The notes under the pieces were generated by a model. The model was not told where the DNA came from. It searched no databases and saw nothing but the letters and a program-made list of their open reading frames with translations. From Methylomarinovum caldicuralii (GTDB lineage: Bacteria > Pseudomonadota > Gammaproteobacteria > Methylococcales > Methylothermaceae): a stretch of DNA of 32,000 bases. Positions within the stretch are counted from its first letter, which is position 1. Every line of letters starts with the position of its first letter. Positions 15,479 through 29,544 of this stretch are shown piece by piece. A program made the position numbers and the translations under genes. The stretch spans positions 1,472,990 through 1,504,989 of the forward strand of contig NZ_AP024714.1 in the NCBI RefSeq assembly GCF_033126985.1, in the 5' to 3' direction.

Positions 15479-15646
15479 ATGGCAGAGCAAAATCAGGAAC
15501 AGGAAAAAGACAATTTCTGGCTGATTATCGGCCTGATCATCGCCGCCGCGGTCGTGGGCGTGATCCTGCTCAAGAAGGCGGAAACATCTTCCGTTCCCTA
15601 TCAGGCCTGGGAAGAAGTCCGCAAGGAAGAAATGGGTAAAAAATAA
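15479..15646 (+). CDS. Small single-pass membrane protein (55 aa), not in the ORF track
   Basis: Sequence MAEQNQEQEKDNFWLIIGLIIAAAVVGVILLKKAETSSVPYQAWEEVRKEEMGKK. Strong SD (GAGGTAGGAGAA, with AGGAG 4 nt before the ATG). One clear TM helix with charged flanks. Stop TAA at 15644-15646, followed 30 nt later by a perfect terminator hairpin. I recall no homologue. Confidence 0.6.
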   Translation: MAEQNQEQEKDNFWLIIGLIIAAAVVGVILLKKAETSSVPYQAWEEVRKEEMGKK

Positions 15647-15673
15647 CAACTTCCTCTTTTCCCTTTCCTTGAG

Positions 15674-15700
15674 AAAGCCCCGCGATCGCGGGGCTTTTTT
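15674..15700. terminator. Bidirectional rho-independent terminator (small ORF and ychF)
   Basis: AAA-GCCCCGCGA/TCGCGGGGC-TTTTTT. The 18-nt palindrome at 15677-15694 is perfect, with an A-run and a T-run on either side. It overlaps the ychF stop codon (15699-15701). Confidence 0.8.
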
Positions 15701-16790
15701 ACACGTTGAAGCGGAAGTGGACCACGTCGCCTTCCTGCATGACGTAATCCTTGCCCTCCAGGCGCCATTTGCCGGCCTCCTTGGCCCCCTGCTCTCCCCC
15801 GTGGCGGACGAAATCCCCGTAGGCGATGACCTCGGCGCGAATGAAACCCTTCTCGAAATCGCTGTGGATGACGCCGGCCGCCTGGGGCGCGGTAGCCCCC
15901 TGCTTGACGGTCCAGGCGCGGACTTCCTTTTCTCCGGCGGTGAAGAAGGTCTGCAGCCCCAGCAGCCGGTAAACCGCCCGCACCACCCGGTCGAGACCGG
16001 CTTCCGCCAATCCCAGCTCCTCCAGGAAGGCTTCCCGGTCCGCCTCGTCCAGCTGGGAGATTTCCGCCTCGATCGCCGCGCACACCGGCACCACCTGGGC
16101 ACCTTCGGCGGCGGCGTGGGCCCGCACCTGTTCCAGCAGCGGATTGGCATCGAAGCCGGATTCGTTCACGTTGGCGACATACAGCACCGGCTTGGCGGTC
16201 AAGAGATGCAGGCCACGCAGCAGGGCGCGCTCGTCTTCGCCCAGATCCAGGCTGCGCACCGGTTTGCCGGCGTCCAGATGGGCGGCCACACTTTCCAGCA
16301 GCGCCTTTTCCGCCCGCGCGGCCTTGTCGCCGGATTTGGCCGCCCGCGTGACCCGCTGTAATGCCCTGTCCACCGTCTCCATGTCTGCGAGCACCAGTTC
16401 GGTGTTGATGATCTCGATGTCGCGCACCGGATCGACCGAGCCGGCCACGTGGGTGACGTCGCCGTCCTCGAAGCAGCGGACCACGTGGGCGATAGCGTCG
16501 GTTTCACGGATGTGGCCGAGGAACTGGTTACCCAGCCCCTCCCCCTTGGAAGCCCCGGCCACCAGCCCCGCGATGTCGACGAACTCCACCGTGGTCGGCA
16601 GGGTACGTTGGGGTTGGACGATCTCAGCCAGGGTCTTGAGCCTGGGATCGGGGACCGGCACCACCCCCACATTGGGATCGATGGTGCAGAAGGGATAGTT
16701 TTCCGCGGCGATTTCCGCCCGCGTCAGCGCGTTGAACAGGGTGGACTTGCCGACGTTGGGAAGCCCGACGATACCGCAATGTAATGCCAT
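15699..16790 (-). CDS. ychF: Redox-regulated ribosome-binding ATPase YchF
   Basis: N-terminal [18 protein letters not shown]. Coiled-coil insert. C-terminal TGS-like domain ([32 protein letters not shown]). Confidence 0.95.
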   Translation of the reverse strand: MALHCGIVGLPNVGKSTLFNALTRAEIAAENYPFCTIDPNVGVVPVPDPRLKTLAEIVQPQRTLPTTVEFVDIAGLVAGASKGEGLGNQFLGHIRETDAIAHVVRCFEDGDVTHVAGSVDPVRDIEIINTELVLADMETVDRALQRVTRAAKSGDKAARAEKALLESVAAHLDAGKPVRSLDLGEDERALLRGLHLLTAKPVLYVANVNESGFDANPLLEQVRAHAAAEGAQVVPVCAAIEAEISQLDEADREAFLEELGLAEAGLDRVVRAVYRLLGLQTFFTAGEKEVRAWTVKQGATAPQAAGVIHSDFEKGFIRAEVIAYGDFVRHGGEQGAKEAGKWRLEGKDYVMQEGDVVHFRFNV

Positions 16791-16823
16791 GAACCTTTAA
16801 GCTGTGTGGTTGATCGGAAGAAG

Positions 16824-18278
16824 TTAGCGCGAGGATTCTTCGTCGAAACGCAGGATGTCGCCGCCGCCCAGATAGGCGCCGGACTGGACCTCGATGACCT
16901 CCAGAGGGATCTTGCCGGGGTTCTCCAGACGGTGGCGGACCCCGACCGGGATGTAAGTGGATTGATTCTCGGTCAGCAGAAAAGTTTCCTCCTCCTTCCC
17001 TGCCCCGCGGGTGATGCGGGCGGTGCCCTTGACGACCACCCAGTGTTCGGCGCGGTGATGGTGCAGCTGGGTCACCACGTGGGCGCCGGGGCGTACCGTC
17101 AGGCGGTTGACCTGGTAGCGGTCCCCCTTGCCGATGGTTTCGATCATTCCCCAGGGGCGGTGGATCTTCAGGTGGTGAAGGTACTCGTAGCGGCCCTGGG
17201 ATTTGAGATATTCGGCCACCTTGCGCACCTGCTGGGCGCTCTCCTTGTGGGCTACGAGGATGGCGTCGGCGGTTTCGGCGACGATGAGATCCTTCACCCC
17301 CAGGGCGGCGACGAAGCGGTCGTTGGCATGGACCAGGGAGTCCTCGACCTCGTGCAGGAACACGTCGCCGTGGGTGATGTTGCCGTCGGTATCGGCGTCG
17401 GCCACCTCCCACATAGCCGGCCACGATCCCAGATCGGACCAGCCGGCATCCAGCGGCAGGACGGCACCCTGCCAGTCGCTGCCGGAAAGGCGCTCCATCA
17501 CCGCATAGTCGATGGAATCGGCGGGACAGGCGGCGAAGGCGTCGCGGTCGAGGCGGAAAAAATCGGCGTCCTCCCGCCCGTTTTCGACCGCCTGGCGGCA
17601 GGCGGCCAGGATGTCGGGCCGAAACCGCCCGATGGCTTCGAGCCAGACGGATGCACGCATCACGAAAATGCCGCTGTTCCAGAGATAGTCGCCGCTGGCC
17701 AGATAGCTTTCCGCGGTTTTGCGATCGGGTTTCTCCACGAAGCTGTCGAGCAGGCGGGCATGACCCTGGAGCGGCTTCCCCACGCGGATGTAGCCGAAGC
17801 CGGTTTCCGGCCGGGTGGGGACGATGCCGAAAGTGACCAGATATCCCTGTTCGGCCAGCTGGACCGCTTCCGCCAGGGTGGTACAGAAGGCCCGGCGGTT
17901 GCGGATGACGTGGTCGGAAGGCATCACCGCCAGTACCGGGTCGCCGCCTTCCCGGCGGCTTAACAAGGCGGCGACGGTAAGCGCGGGCGCCGTGTTGCGG
18001 CCCGCCGGCTCCAGGATGATCTCGCCGGCGGCAAAACCAAGCTCGCGCAGCTGCTCTGCGACCAGAAAGCGGTGGGCCTCGTTGCAGATCACCGCCGGCG
18101 GCGGTAGCGTGATGTCGGGATCGGCCTCGGTCAATGCCTGAAACCGCAGCACGGTTTCCTGCAGCAGGCTGTGATCGCCGGTCAACGCGAGGAACTGTTT
18201 GGGATAGGCTTCACGGGACAGGGGCCACAGGCGGGTTCCGGAACCGCCGGAAAGGATTACCGCTTTGCATTGACGCAT
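16824..18278 (-). CDS. manC: Bifunctional mannose-1-phosphate guanylyltransferase / mannose-6-phosphate isomerase
   Basis: N-terminal nucleotidyltransferase motif VILSGGSGTRLWPLSR. C-terminal cupin with HHRAEHWVVVKG. 484 aa, typical of the ManC/CpsB/AlgA/XanB family. Confidence 0.9.
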   Translation of the reverse strand: MRQCKAVILSGGSGTRLWPLSREAYPKQFLALTGDHSLLQETVLRFQALTEADPDITLPPPAVICNEAHRFLVAEQLRELGFAAGEIILEPAGRNTAPALTVAALLSRREGGDPVLAVMPSDHVIRNRRAFCTTLAEAVQLAEQGYLVTFGIVPTRPETGFGYIRVGKPLQGHARLLDSFVEKPDRKTAESYLASGDYLWNSGIFVMRASVWLEAIGRFRPDILAACRQAVENGREDADFFRLDRDAFAACPADSIDYAVMERLSGSDWQGAVLPLDAGWSDLGSWPAMWEVADADTDGNITHGDVFLHEVEDSLVHANDRFVAALGVKDLIVAETADAILVAHKESAQQVRKVAEYLKSQGRYEYLHHLKIHRPWGMIETIGKGDRYQVNRLTVRPGAHVVTQLHHHRAEHWVVVKGTARITRGAGKEEETFLLTENQSTYIPVGVRHRLENPGKIPLEVIEVQSGAYLGGGDILRFDEESSR

Positions 18279-19087
18279 CGTTTTGCTCCTTGTTGAAGTG
18301 TTTCAAGCCGGTCCATCTCCACAGCGTCGAAGCCGGCCTGCAGGCGCAGCGGCCGGTTGAACGGCCCCCGCACCGCACCGCGCAGGTGACGCCGGACCAG
18401 ATCGAGGTAAGTCTCTCCGGGCGCTTTGTTCTGCTGCCGGCACAGCCAGCGGAACCAGCGATCGCCTTTGGCGACGTGCCCGACCTCCTCGTCGAGAATG
18501 ACCTCCAGAACCGCGGCGCTCTCCTCGTCACCGGCCTGGCGCAATCCGGCGATCATGCCCGGGGTGACATCCAGCCCCCGAGCTTCCTGGAACCGGGGCA
18601 CCAGCGCCATGCGGGCGAGCACGTCGCCTGCGGTGTCCAGTGCCACCTGCCACAGCCCCTGATGGACCGGCAGGTCACCGTATTGCGCGCCCAGGTGCGC
18701 CAGCCGCCGCGTCAGCAGTTCGAAGTGCTTCAGCTCTTCCAGGACCACGGTGAACCAGTCATGATAGTACGGTGCCGGCATCCCCCGGAAGCGGCAGAGG
18801 CTGTCCCAGTGCATCAGGATGGCGCTGAATTCGATGTGCGCCACCGCATGCAACAGGGCGATGCGGCCGGCCTGGTGCGTCAGCTTCCGTTTCGGCAGCC
18901 GGCGTGGTTCGACGAAGCTCAGCTCCCGGGGCATCCGGACTTCGTGGGCAGCCGGGGGATTCCCCTGTTCCCGGAAATTCAGCCGGCCGGCCTCGAACGC
19001 CGTGCGGGCCCGGCGCGTCAGGGCCAGTTTGCCCGCCAGGTCCGGCGCGCGCAGACAGGCGCCCGCCAGCTCGAAGACGTTTTCCAT
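18257..19087 (-). CDS. DUF455 ferritin-like (di-iron) domain protein
   Basis: 276 aa. ExxH-type metal motifs (AHIEFSAI, EELKHFE, LDEEVGHV). Overall resemblance to the DUF455 family as recalled. The 3' end overlaps the manC start by 22 nt. Confidence 0.65.
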   Translation of the reverse strand: MENVFELAGACLRAPDLAGKLALTRRARTAFEAGRLNFREQGNPPAAHEVRMPRELSFVEPRRLPKRKLTHQAGRIALLHAVAHIEFSAILMHWDSLCRFRGMPAPYYHDWFTVVLEELKHFELLTRRLAHLGAQYGDLPVHQGLWQVALDTAGDVLARMALVPRFQEARGLDVTPGMIAGLRQAGDEESAAVLEVILDEEVGHVAKGDRWFRWLCRQQNKAPGETYLDLVRRHLRGAVRGPFNRPLRLQAGFDAVEMDRLETLQQGAKRCVNAKR

Positions 19088-19107
19088 TCAGAAACCGCGG
19101 CCGGGAT

Positions 19108-20298
19108 TCAAGGGTTCAGCCCCCGCTCCAGGTCGGCGATGATGTCCTCGATGTTCTCCAGCCCGACGGAGATCCGCACCAGCCCGTCGTCGATGCCGGC
19201 CTCGTTGCGTTCCTCCGGCGAAAGGCGGCCGTGGGTGGTGGTGGCCGGGTGGGTGATGGTCGTCTTCACGTCCCCCAGGTTGGCGGTGATCGAGATCAGG
19301 CGGGTATTGTCGATGACCCGCCAGGCCGCCGGCTGGCCGCCTTTAACCACGAAGCTGACAATTCCCCCGCCCCCCCGCTGCTGTTTTGCGGCCAGATCGT
19401 GCTGGGGATGGGAGGCCAGCCCGGGATAGTAGACCCGTTCCACCCGCGGATGGGTTTCGAGCCAGCGGGCCAGCTTCAGGGCATTGTCGCAGTGGGCCTG
19501 CATGCGCAGATTCAGGGTTTCCAGGCCGGTGAGGAAGACCCAGGCGTTGAAGGGGCTCATGGCGGCGCCTCCGGTGCGCAGAAAGGGGTAGACCTCCTTG
19601 TCCAGCAGCTCCCGGGGGCCGACGATGGCGCCCCCGACGCAGCGGCCCTGGCCGTCCAGATATTTGGTGGCCGAATGGACCACGATGTCGGCGCCCAAAG
19701 CCAGGGGGTGTTGCAGGGCCGGGGTACAGAAGACGTTGTCCACTACCAGCAGGGCGTCGTGGGCGTGGGCCAGCGCCGCCAGCGCGGCGATGTCGGCGAT
19801 CTCGGTCAGGGGATTGGAAGGCGTCTCCAGGAACAGAAAGCGGGTCTGGGGGCGGATGGCCTGTTCCCAGGCGTCCAGGTCGGTCAAAGCGACGAAATCG
19901 ACACCGACCCCGAATTTCGCCATATAGTTTCGAAACAGCAGCACGGTGTTGCCGAACACCGCCCGGGAGCAGACCACATGATCACCCGCCTTCAAAAGCC
20001 CCATCGCCAAGGTCATGATCGCCGCCATCCCGGAGGCGGTGGCGATGCAGCGCTCCCCGCCCTCCATGATCGCCAGGCGTTCCTCGAAGGTCCGCGTGGT
20101 CGGATTGGTGAAGCGGGAATAGATGTTGCCAGGCTCCTGGCCGGAAAAGCGCGCCTGGGCCTGGGCAGCGCTGTCGAAGACATAGCTGGAGGTGACGAAG
20201 ATCGGGTCGGAATGCTCGTTTTCCGGCGTTCGGTGCTGGCCGGCCCGGATGCTTTGGGTCTGGATGCCGAAACGGTCCCAGGACAGATCGTTGCTCAT
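19108..20298 (-). CDS. metZ: O-succinylhomoserine sulfhydrylase (PLP-dependent Cys/Met metabolism family)
   Basis: PLP-lysine motif [13 protein letters not shown] and N-terminal TQSIRAG. ATG 20298 forms an ATGA overlap with the purF stop. purF-metZ linkage is the usual arrangement. The track start at 20424 adds 42 non-homologous residues inside purF. Confidence 0.8.
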   Translation of the reverse strand: MSNDLSWDRFGIQTQSIRAGQHRTPENEHSDPIFVTSSYVFDSAAQAQARFSGQEPGNIYSRFTNPTTRTFEERLAIMEGGERCIATASGMAAIMTLAMGLLKAGDHVVCSRAVFGNTVLLFRNYMAKFGVGVDFVALTDLDAWEQAIRPQTRFLFLETPSNPLTEIADIAALAALAHAHDALLVVDNVFCTPALQHPLALGADIVVHSATKYLDGQGRCVGGAIVGPRELLDKEVYPFLRTGGAAMSPFNAWVFLTGLETLNLRMQAHCDNALKLARWLETHPRVERVYYPGLASHPQHDLAAKQQRGGGGIVSFVVKGGQPAAWRVIDNTRLISITANLGDVKTTITHPATTTHGRLSPEERNEAGIDDGLVRISVGLENIEDIIADLERGLNP

Positions 20299-21797
20299 AC
20301 CGAATTGTGCAGGTCGAGGTTGTTGGTGTTGGATTCTTCCGCTTGCGGGCCGCGGCGGCAGAAACTGAGGCGCTCCAGGTATTCCGGGGTGATGTCCCCG
20401 GTAACGTATTCGCCGCTGAAGCAACTGGTTTCGAAACGCTCGATGGCCGGGTTGCAGCGCCGCACCGCCTCCACCAGATCGTCGAGATCCTGATAGATCA
20501 GCCAGTCGGCCCCGAGGAAATGCTGGATTTCTTCCTCACTGCAGCCGTGGGCGATCAGCTCCGAGGTGGCCGGCATGTCGATGCCGTAGACATAAGGGTA
20601 ACGGACCGGCGGGGAGGCGGAGGCAAAATAGACCTTGCTGGCGCCGGCGTCGCGGGCCAGTTGGATGATCTGTTTGGAGGTGGTGCCGCGGACGATGGAA
20701 TCGTCCACCAGCAGCACGTTCCTGCCCTTGAATTCCACGTCGATGGGATTGAGCTTGCGGCGCACCGATTTCTGGCGCAGCTGCTGTCCGGGCATGATGA
20801 AAGTGCGGCCGATATAGCGGTTCTTGATGAACCCTTCACGGTACTTCACCCCCAGGCGGTTGGCCAGCTCCAGCGCTGCGGTGCGGCTGGTGTCCGGGAT
20901 GGGAATGACCACGTCGATGTCATGATCCGGACGCAGGCGCAGAATCTTCTCCGCCAGTTTCTCCCCCATGCGCAGCCGGGCCTGATAGACCGAGATGCTG
21001 TCGATGACCGAATCGGGACGGGCGAAATAGACGAACTCGAAGATGCAGGGCGCGTGCAGGGTGCGCTCAGCACACTGGCGGCTGTGAAGACGGCCGTTCT
21101 TTTCGATGAAGACCGCCTCCCCGGGGGCGATGTCCCGCAGCCGTTTGAAACCGAGTACATCGAGAGCGACGCTTTCGGAAGCGATGATGTATTCCGGCCC
21201 CTGGGGCGAATCGCGGCGGCCGATCACGGCCGGTCGGATTCCGTAAGGATCCCGGAATCCCAGCACCCCGAAACCGGTGATCATCGCGGTCACCGCATAA
21301 GCCCCCCGGCAGCGGCGATGGACTTCGGCCACGGCATCGAAAACGTCGCTGACGTCGAGACGCAGTTTTCCCAGACGCTGCAGTTCATGGGCGAAGACAT
21401 TGAGAAGGATTTCGGAATCCGAATCGGTGTTGATGTGGCGCTGGTCCTGCAGGAACAGCTCCTGTTTCAGGAGCTCGGCGTTGGTCAGATTGCCGTTGTG
21501 GCCCAGGGCGATGCCATAGGGGGAATTGACGTAGAAGGGTTGGGCTTCGGCTGAACTGGTACAACCGGCGGTGGGATAGCGGACGTGGCCGATCCCCATC
21601 GTGCCGCGCAGGTGTTGCATGTGCTCCGGCTGAAACACGTCGCGCACCAATCCCTTGTCCTTGCGCAGATAGAAACGGCCACCCTCGTAGGTGACGATGC
21701 CGGCGGCGTCCTGACCGCGGTGCTGCAGCATCGTCAGGGCTTCGTAGAGTTCCTGATTGACCGGCTGATGGGAAACGATGCCTACGATTCCACACAT
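20295..21797 (-). CDS. purF: Amidophosphoribosyltransferase
   Basis: Ntn-type N-terminus [12 protein letters not shown]-binding loop [13 protein letters not shown]. Start set at ATG 21797, so that Cys is residue 2. The track start at 21968 is an upstream extension into cvpA. Confidence 0.95.
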   Translation of the reverse strand: MCGIVGIVSHQPVNQELYEALTMLQHRGQDAAGIVTYEGGRFYLRKDKGLVRDVFQPEHMQHLRGTMGIGHVRYPTAGCTSSAEAQPFYVNSPYGIALGHNGNLTNAELLKQELFLQDQRHINTDSDSEILLNVFAHELQRLGKLRLDVSDVFDAVAEVHRRCRGAYAVTAMITGFGVLGFRDPYGIRPAVIGRRDSPQGPEYIIASESVALDVLGFKRLRDIAPGEAVFIEKNGRLHSRQCAERTLHAPCIFEFVYFARPDSVIDSISVYQARLRMGEKLAEKILRLRPDHDIDVVIPIPDTSRTAALELANRLGVKYREGFIKNRYIGRTFIMPGQQLRQKSVRRKLNPIDVEFKGRNVLLVDDSIVRGTTSKQIIQLARDAGASKVYFASASPPVRYPYVYGIDMPATSELIAHGCSEEEIQHFLGADWLIYQDLDDLVEAVRRCNPAIERFETSCFSGEYVTGDITPEYLERLSFCRRGPQAEESNTNNLDLHNSV

Positions 21798-21813
21798 GTT
21801 TCGGAAAATCCTG

Positions 21814-22350
21814 TCAAAGTGGAAGGGAAGGAAGACGGTAACGCTGGAGATAGGGCTTGGGGTCCAGACGCCCGAGGGTATTGGCCCAGCGCTCGGCATG
21901 GGGCAAAAGACGCGACGTGCGCCACCAGCTTTCCCGGTCCAGCTCGAAATTCTGGGCCAGCAGGACAACGGCGGCGATCAGCAAAACCCCGCGTCCGGCG
22001 CCGAAAACGAATCCTCCCAGGCGGTTCAGGACACTCAGCGGCGAATGTTCCACCAGGGTGGCGAGCAGGAACCCGGTCAGTTTGCCGACGAGCAGCGTGG
22101 CGACGAACAAAATTACGAAGGCGGTGGCGATGCGTAAGGTAGGATGCGGCAGGACGGACTCGAGCTGGTAGGCCATGGCAGGATGGAAGTGGAGTGCAAC
22201 CCAAAGCGCGGCGATCCAGCTGAGCAGCGCGAAACTTTCCTGCACCAGACCGCGGACGAACCCCAACAAGGCGGAAACCACCACCACGGCCAGGATGGCA
22301 TAATCGATCCAGAGCAATGCGGAAATTCTGCCACGATTGTAAAGAGGCAT
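21814..22350 (-). CDS. cvpA: Colicin V production membrane protein CvpA
   Basis: The [21 protein letters not shown] start block and four hydrophobic segments are typical of CvpA upstream of purF. Only the last 178 codons of the 715-codon track ORF are CvpA. The start is ambiguous: ATG 22350 lies 1 nt after a TGCTACAAT -10-like element, and TTG 22317 would give MLWIDY, as in E. coli MVWIDY. Confidence 0.8.
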   Translation of the reverse strand: MPLYNRGRISALLWIDYAILAVVVVSALLGFVRGLVQESFALLSWIAALWVALHFHPAMAYQLESVLPHPTLRIATAFVILFVATLLVGKLTGFLLATLVEHSPLSVLNRLGGFVFGAGRGVLLIAAVVLLAQNFELDRESWWRTSRLLPHAERWANTLGRLDPKPYLQRYRLPSLPL

Positions 22351-22351
22351 G

Positions 22352-22360
22352 ATTGTAGCA
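22352..22360 (-). promoter_or_regulatory. Candidate extended -10 element TGCTACAAT upstream of or overlapping the cvpA start
   Basis: The minus strand reads AATCTGCTACAATC-ATG. It shares the 11-mer TCTGCTACAAT with the yadG upstream region. Confidence 0.3.
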
Positions 22361-22392
22361 GATTCCCCTCTCAGCTGATACGCTGATATACC

Positions 22393-23400
22393 ATGGAAAC
22401 CCTGTCCACGGCACTCCCGGCGCGCTTCGTCGAGCGGCTGCAGGCCATCATCCCGCCCGCCCGGCTGGCGGAAGTGCTCGCCAGTTTCGGTCGGCCCAAG
22501 ATCCCTGTCCTGCGGGTGAACACCTTGCGATCCTCCGTCCTGGAAACCTTCACCGAATTGCAGACTCAGGGGTTTCCGCTCGATCCCCTTCCCCAACTGG
22601 AATACGCCGCCAGCCTGCCGCCGGAATGGAAACGCCCGCTGACGGAGACGTCGGCGTTTGCGGAGGGACGGATCTACCTTCAGAACCCCTCCAGCATGCT
22701 CGCGGTGGAGATGCTGGTGCCCCAGCCCGGCGAGGAGGTGCTCGATCTGTGCGCTGCCCCCGGCGGCAAGACTTCCCTGCTGGCGATGAAAATGGGAAAC
22801 CGGGGCCGGATCGCGGCAGTGGAGCCGGTCAAGGACCGTTTCTACCGGCTTAAAGCCAATCTGGCCCGCCTGGGCGTGACCGTTGCCCGCGGTTACCGCA
22901 TGGACGGCCGCGCCGTCGGCCGCAAGGTGCCCGAACGTTTTGACCGCGTGCTGGTGGACGCCCCCTGCTCGTCCGAGTCCCGCTTTCGCAGCGAAGATCC
23001 CCAAAGCCACGCCCACTGGCATGAGCGCAAGATCGCCGAATGTTCCCGCAAGCAGAAACGGTTGTTGCTGTCGGCCTTTCAGGCATTGAAGCCGGGCGGC
23101 CGCCTGCTCTACTGCACCTGTGCCTTCGCCCCCGAAGAGAACGAAATGGTGGTGGACGCCCTGTTGCGGCGGCATCCGGAGGCGGAGATCGTCCCCTTGC
23201 AACTTCCCGGGGTGGCGCAGCAGCCGGGGCTGACCCGGTGGCAGGGAAAAACCCTGGCTGCATCCCTTGAGGGCGCCCTCAGGATTCTTCCGGACCAGGT
23301 TTACGACGGCTTTTTTCTGTGTCTGGTGACGAAGGGCCGTGGCGTTGGTGCCAAAGCCGGTCCAGTTCGGAAAGGCGCTGCAGTTTGGCCGCGATCTTGA
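22393..23400 (+). CDS. RsmB/RsmF/NOP-family SAM-dependent RNA (cytosine-C5) methyltransferase
   Basis: SAM-binding motif [10 protein letters not shown]. Catalytic motifs DAPCS and TCA(F)xPEENE. The conserved part ends near GFFLCLVTK, and the frame then runs 21 more codons to TGA 23398-23400, overlapping the rarA 3' end. Confidence 0.8.
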   Translation: METLSTALPARFVERLQAIIPPARLAEVLASFGRPKIPVLRVNTLRSSVLETFTELQTQGFPLDPLPQLEYAASLPPEWKRPLTETSAFAEGRIYLQNPSSMLAVEMLVPQPGEEVLDLCAAPGGKTSLLAMKMGNRGRIAAVEPVKDRFYRLKANLARLGVTVARGYRMDGRAVGRKVPERFDRVLVDAPCSSESRFRSEDPQSHAHWHERKIAECSRKQKRLLLSAFQALKPGGRLLYCTCAFAPEENEMVVDALLRRHPEAEIVPLQLPGVAQQPGLTRWQGKTLAASLEGALRILPDQVYDGFFLCLVTKGRGVGAKAGPVRKGAAVWPRS

Positions 23401-24658
23401 TTTCCAGGCCGCGCTCGACCGGCTGGTAATAGCGACGCGGTTCCATCTCCTCGGGAAAATAGTTTTCCCCGGCGGCATACCCTTCCGGTTCGTCATGGGC
23501 ATAGCGGTAGCGGCGGCCGTAGCCCAGCTCCCGCATGAGCCGGGTCGGGGCGTTGCGCAGATGCACCGGCACCTCCAGGCTGCCGGTGGCGGCGGCATCC
23601 CGTTGCGCCGCCTGAAAGGCGCGATAGACGGCATTGCTTTTCGGTGCGCAGGCCAGATAGACCGCCGCCTGGGCCAGGGCCAGCTCCCCTTCCGGCGACC
23701 CCAGCCGCTCCTGGGCGTCCCAGGCATCGAGCGCCAGGCGCAATGCCCGCGGGTCGGCGTTGCCGATGTCCTCGCTGGCGATACGCACCAGGCGGCGGGC
23801 GATGTAGAGCGGATCGCAACCACCATCCAGCATGCGGCAGAGCCAGTACAGGGCTGCGTCGGGATCGCTGCCGCGGATGGTCTTGTGCAGGGCGGAGATC
23901 TGATCGTAGAAGGCGTCCCCCTGGCGGTCGAAACGGCGCGGGCTGCCGCCGGCCAGAACATCCCGGGCGACCGCTTCGGAGATGTGGACGACGCCGCCTG
24001 CCTCCTCGCCCAGATCGACGAGCACTTCCAGCAGATTCAACAGGCGGCGGGCATCGCCGTCGGCGGCCTGGATCAGCCAGGGGCGCACCGCGGCCGGCAG
24101 CCTGATCTCCCGGCCGCCGAAACCGCACGGATCGGTCAGGGCGCGGTCGATGACCTGTTCCAGGTCGGTTTCCCCGAGCGGTTTGAGTACATAGACCCTG
24201 GCCCGGGACAACAGGGCGTTGTTGAGGGCGAAGGAGGGATTTTCCGTGGTCGCCCCGATGAAGCAGATCAGCCCGGTTTCGATATGGGGAAGAAAGGCGT
24301 CCTGCTGGGCTTTGTTGAAACGGTGCACCTCGTCGACGAAGAGGATGGTTCGGCGCCCCTGTTCCCGGATCGCCTCTGCCTGTTGGATGGCTTGGCGGAT
24401 GTTTTGGATATTGGATAAAACAGCAGATAACGGTATAAATTCGGCGTCCGCCGTCGCCGCCACCATCCGCGCCAGCGTCGTCTTGCCGGTCCCCGGCGGC
24501 CCCCAGAGAATCATCGAGTGCAGATGTCCGGCCCGAACCGCCTCATAGAGAGGCTTGCCCGGCGCCAGCAGGTGGTGCTGGCCGAAGAACTCCTCCAGGC
24601 GCTGGGGCCGCAGGCGGTCGGCCAGCGGCCGGGAATCGGCGCTGTTTTCCAACTTCAC
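23279..24658 (-). CDS. rarA: Replication-associated recombination protein A (AAA+ ATPase RarA/MgsA)
   Basis: Walker [10 protein letters not shown], Walker [11 protein letters not shown], and MgsA C-terminal domain ([25 protein letters not shown]). The GTG start at 24658 overlaps the lolA stop (GTGA). Confidence 0.95.
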   Translation of the reverse strand: MKLENSADSRPLADRLRPQRLEEFFGQHHLLAPGKPLYEAVRAGHLHSMILWGPPGTGKTTLARMVAATADAEFIPLSAVLSNIQNIRQAIQQAEAIREQGRRTILFVDEVHRFNKAQQDAFLPHIETGLICFIGATTENPSFALNNALLSRARVYVLKPLGETDLEQVIDRALTDPCGFGGREIRLPAAVRPWLIQAADGDARRLLNLLEVLVDLGEEAGGVVHISEAVARDVLAGGSPRRFDRQGDAFYDQISALHKTIRGSDPDAALYWLCRMLDGGCDPLYIARRLVRIASEDIGNADPRALRLALDAWDAQERLGSPEGELALAQAAVYLACAPKSNAVYRAFQAAQRDAAATGSLEVPVHLRNAPTRLMRELGYGRRYRYAHDEPEGYAAGENYFPEEMEPRRYYQPVERGLEIKIAAKLQRLSELDRLWHQRHGPSSPDTEKSRRKPGPEES

Positions 24659-25272
24659 GTGCCTTCGAAGACATCCACGCCGGGCGGCGGAGAGAAGCGG
24701 AACAGCTCAGGATCGAGGCGGGGATTGATCTCCAGCCGATGGAAGCGGATCCGGGTCAGCTGCCCGAAATTGTCCGCCAGTTCCATCGCCTGCAAAACGT
24801 CCCGTTGCAGTTCAACCCGCAAACGGCGGAAGACGTCGTTCTTGGATTTGGGACGCAGCTCCACCCAGGCCCGCCCGCCTTCGCTTCCCTGCCCTGCCAC
24901 CCGGAAACGCTCCTGCAGGCGGACCTGACCGCTGAGCAGCAGCGCCGGCGCCGATCCCAGCGCCTCGTCGAGCGGGCGCACGGTCACCTGTTCCAGATCA
25001 GGATCGTAGAACCAGACCTTGCTGCCGTCGGCGATCACCCATTGCCGGTACGGCTTGCGGTATTCCCAGCGGAACCTGCCCGGCCGCGCCAGATAGAAGC
25101 GCCCTTCGCTGCGCTGGCTGACGTTTCCGTGTTCGTCGATGACTTCCTGCTCGAAATCGGCAGCCAGGGTCTTGACCCGGGAAAGGAAGCCATCGAGCGC
25201 GTCCACGGGCGCGGCGGTGGCTGCGGCTGCCCACCACAACAGGAAAATCACTGGAAAGAAAGACAATTGCAT
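24655..25272 (-). CDS. lolA: Outer-membrane lipoprotein carrier protein LolA
   Basis: Signal peptide [22 protein letters not shown]. LolA-like length (205 aa) and conserved ftsK-lolA-rarA synteny. ATG 25272 lies 4 nt after the ftsK stop. The track start at 25494 lies inside ftsK. Confidence 0.85.
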   Translation of the reverse strand: MQLSFFPVIFLLWWAAAATAAPVDALDGFLSRVKTLAADFEQEVIDEHGNVSQRSEGRFYLARPGRFRWEYRKPYRQWVIADGSKVWFYDPDLEQVTVRPLDEALGSAPALLLSGQVRLQERFRVAGQGSEGGRAWVELRPKSKNDVFRRLRVELQRDVLQAMELADNFGQLTRIRFHRLEINPRLDPELFRFSPPPGVDVFEGT

Positions 25273-25276
25273 GCGC

Positions 25277-28848
<3,572 letters not shown>

Positions 28849-28854
28849 CCGGGC

Positions 28855-29544
28855 ATGTTGACCCTGCTCGATCCCGACGATCCCCGCCAGCCGTTTCCGC
28901 CGCCGGCCAAGGCTCTGAGCGAACCCAACGGCCTTTTGGCCGTCGGCGGCGACCTCTCCCCCACCCGGCTGCTGAAAGCCTACCGGCAGGGGATCTTCCC
29001 CTGGTACAACCCCGGCGAACCGATCCTGTGGTGGTCCCCCGACCCCCGTCTGGTGCTGTTTCCGGAGCGTCTCAAGGTGTCCCGCAGCCTGCGCAAGCTG
29101 CTGCGCAAGGGGGAATTCGAGGTCAGTTTCGACCGCGATTTCGAGGCGGTCATCGACGGCTGCGCGGCCCCCAGACCCTACGAATCGGGAACCTGGATCA
29201 CCCCGGAGATGCGGGCCGCCTACGTCAGCCTGCATCGTCAGGGACACGCCCACTCGGTGGAATGCTGGTATGAAGGGGGGCTGGTCGGTGGCCTTTACGG
29301 GGTGGCGATCGGGCAGGTCTTCTATGGCGAGTCGATGTTCTACCGGAAAAGCAACGCCTCCAAGGTCGCTTTCGTCATCCTGGTCGAACACCTGCGCCGC
29401 TGGAATTACCGCCTGATCGACTGCCAGGTGCACACCCGCCATCTGCAACGCTTCGGGGCCGAGGAGATTCCCCGCGACAGATTCACCGCCCTGCTGCAGC
29501 GTTACTGCGCGGCACCCTGCGCACCGGAGGCGTGGCGCCTGTGA
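28855..29544 (+). CDS. aat: Leucyl/phenylalanyl-tRNA--protein transferase
   Basis: Motifs [33 protein letters not shown]. 229 aa. The aat-bpt pairing is the typical arrangement. Confidence 0.9.
   Translation: MLTLLDPDDPRQPFPPPAKALSEPNGLLAVGGDLSPTRLLKAYRQGIFPWYNPGEPILWWSPDPRLVLFPERLKVSRSLRKLLRKGEFEVSFDRDFEAVIDGCAAPRPYESGTWITPEMRAAYVSLHRQGHAHSVECWYEGGLVGGLYGVAIGQVFYGESMFYRKSNASKVAFVILVEHLRRWNYRLIDCQVHTRHLQRFGAEEIPRDRFTALLQRYCAAPCAPEAWRL

Noticed and set aside
15350-16150. A 266-aa minus-strand track ORF spanning the gnd-ychF intergenic region, and the overlapping 160-aa ORF at 15601-16083.
   Set aside because: It runs out of frame with ychF and antisense through the small-ORF locus and terminator. 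It is Arg/Pro-rich over the GC-rich part and has no motifs. YchF on the same strand in another frame fully explains the region.
22351-23961. The upstream 537 codons of the 715-aa minus-strand track ORF 21814-23961.
   Set aside because: Only the last 178 codons resemble CvpA. The rest is antisense to the RNA methyltransferase and out of frame with the rarA 3' region, and it is Arg/Pro/Ala-rich with no motifs.
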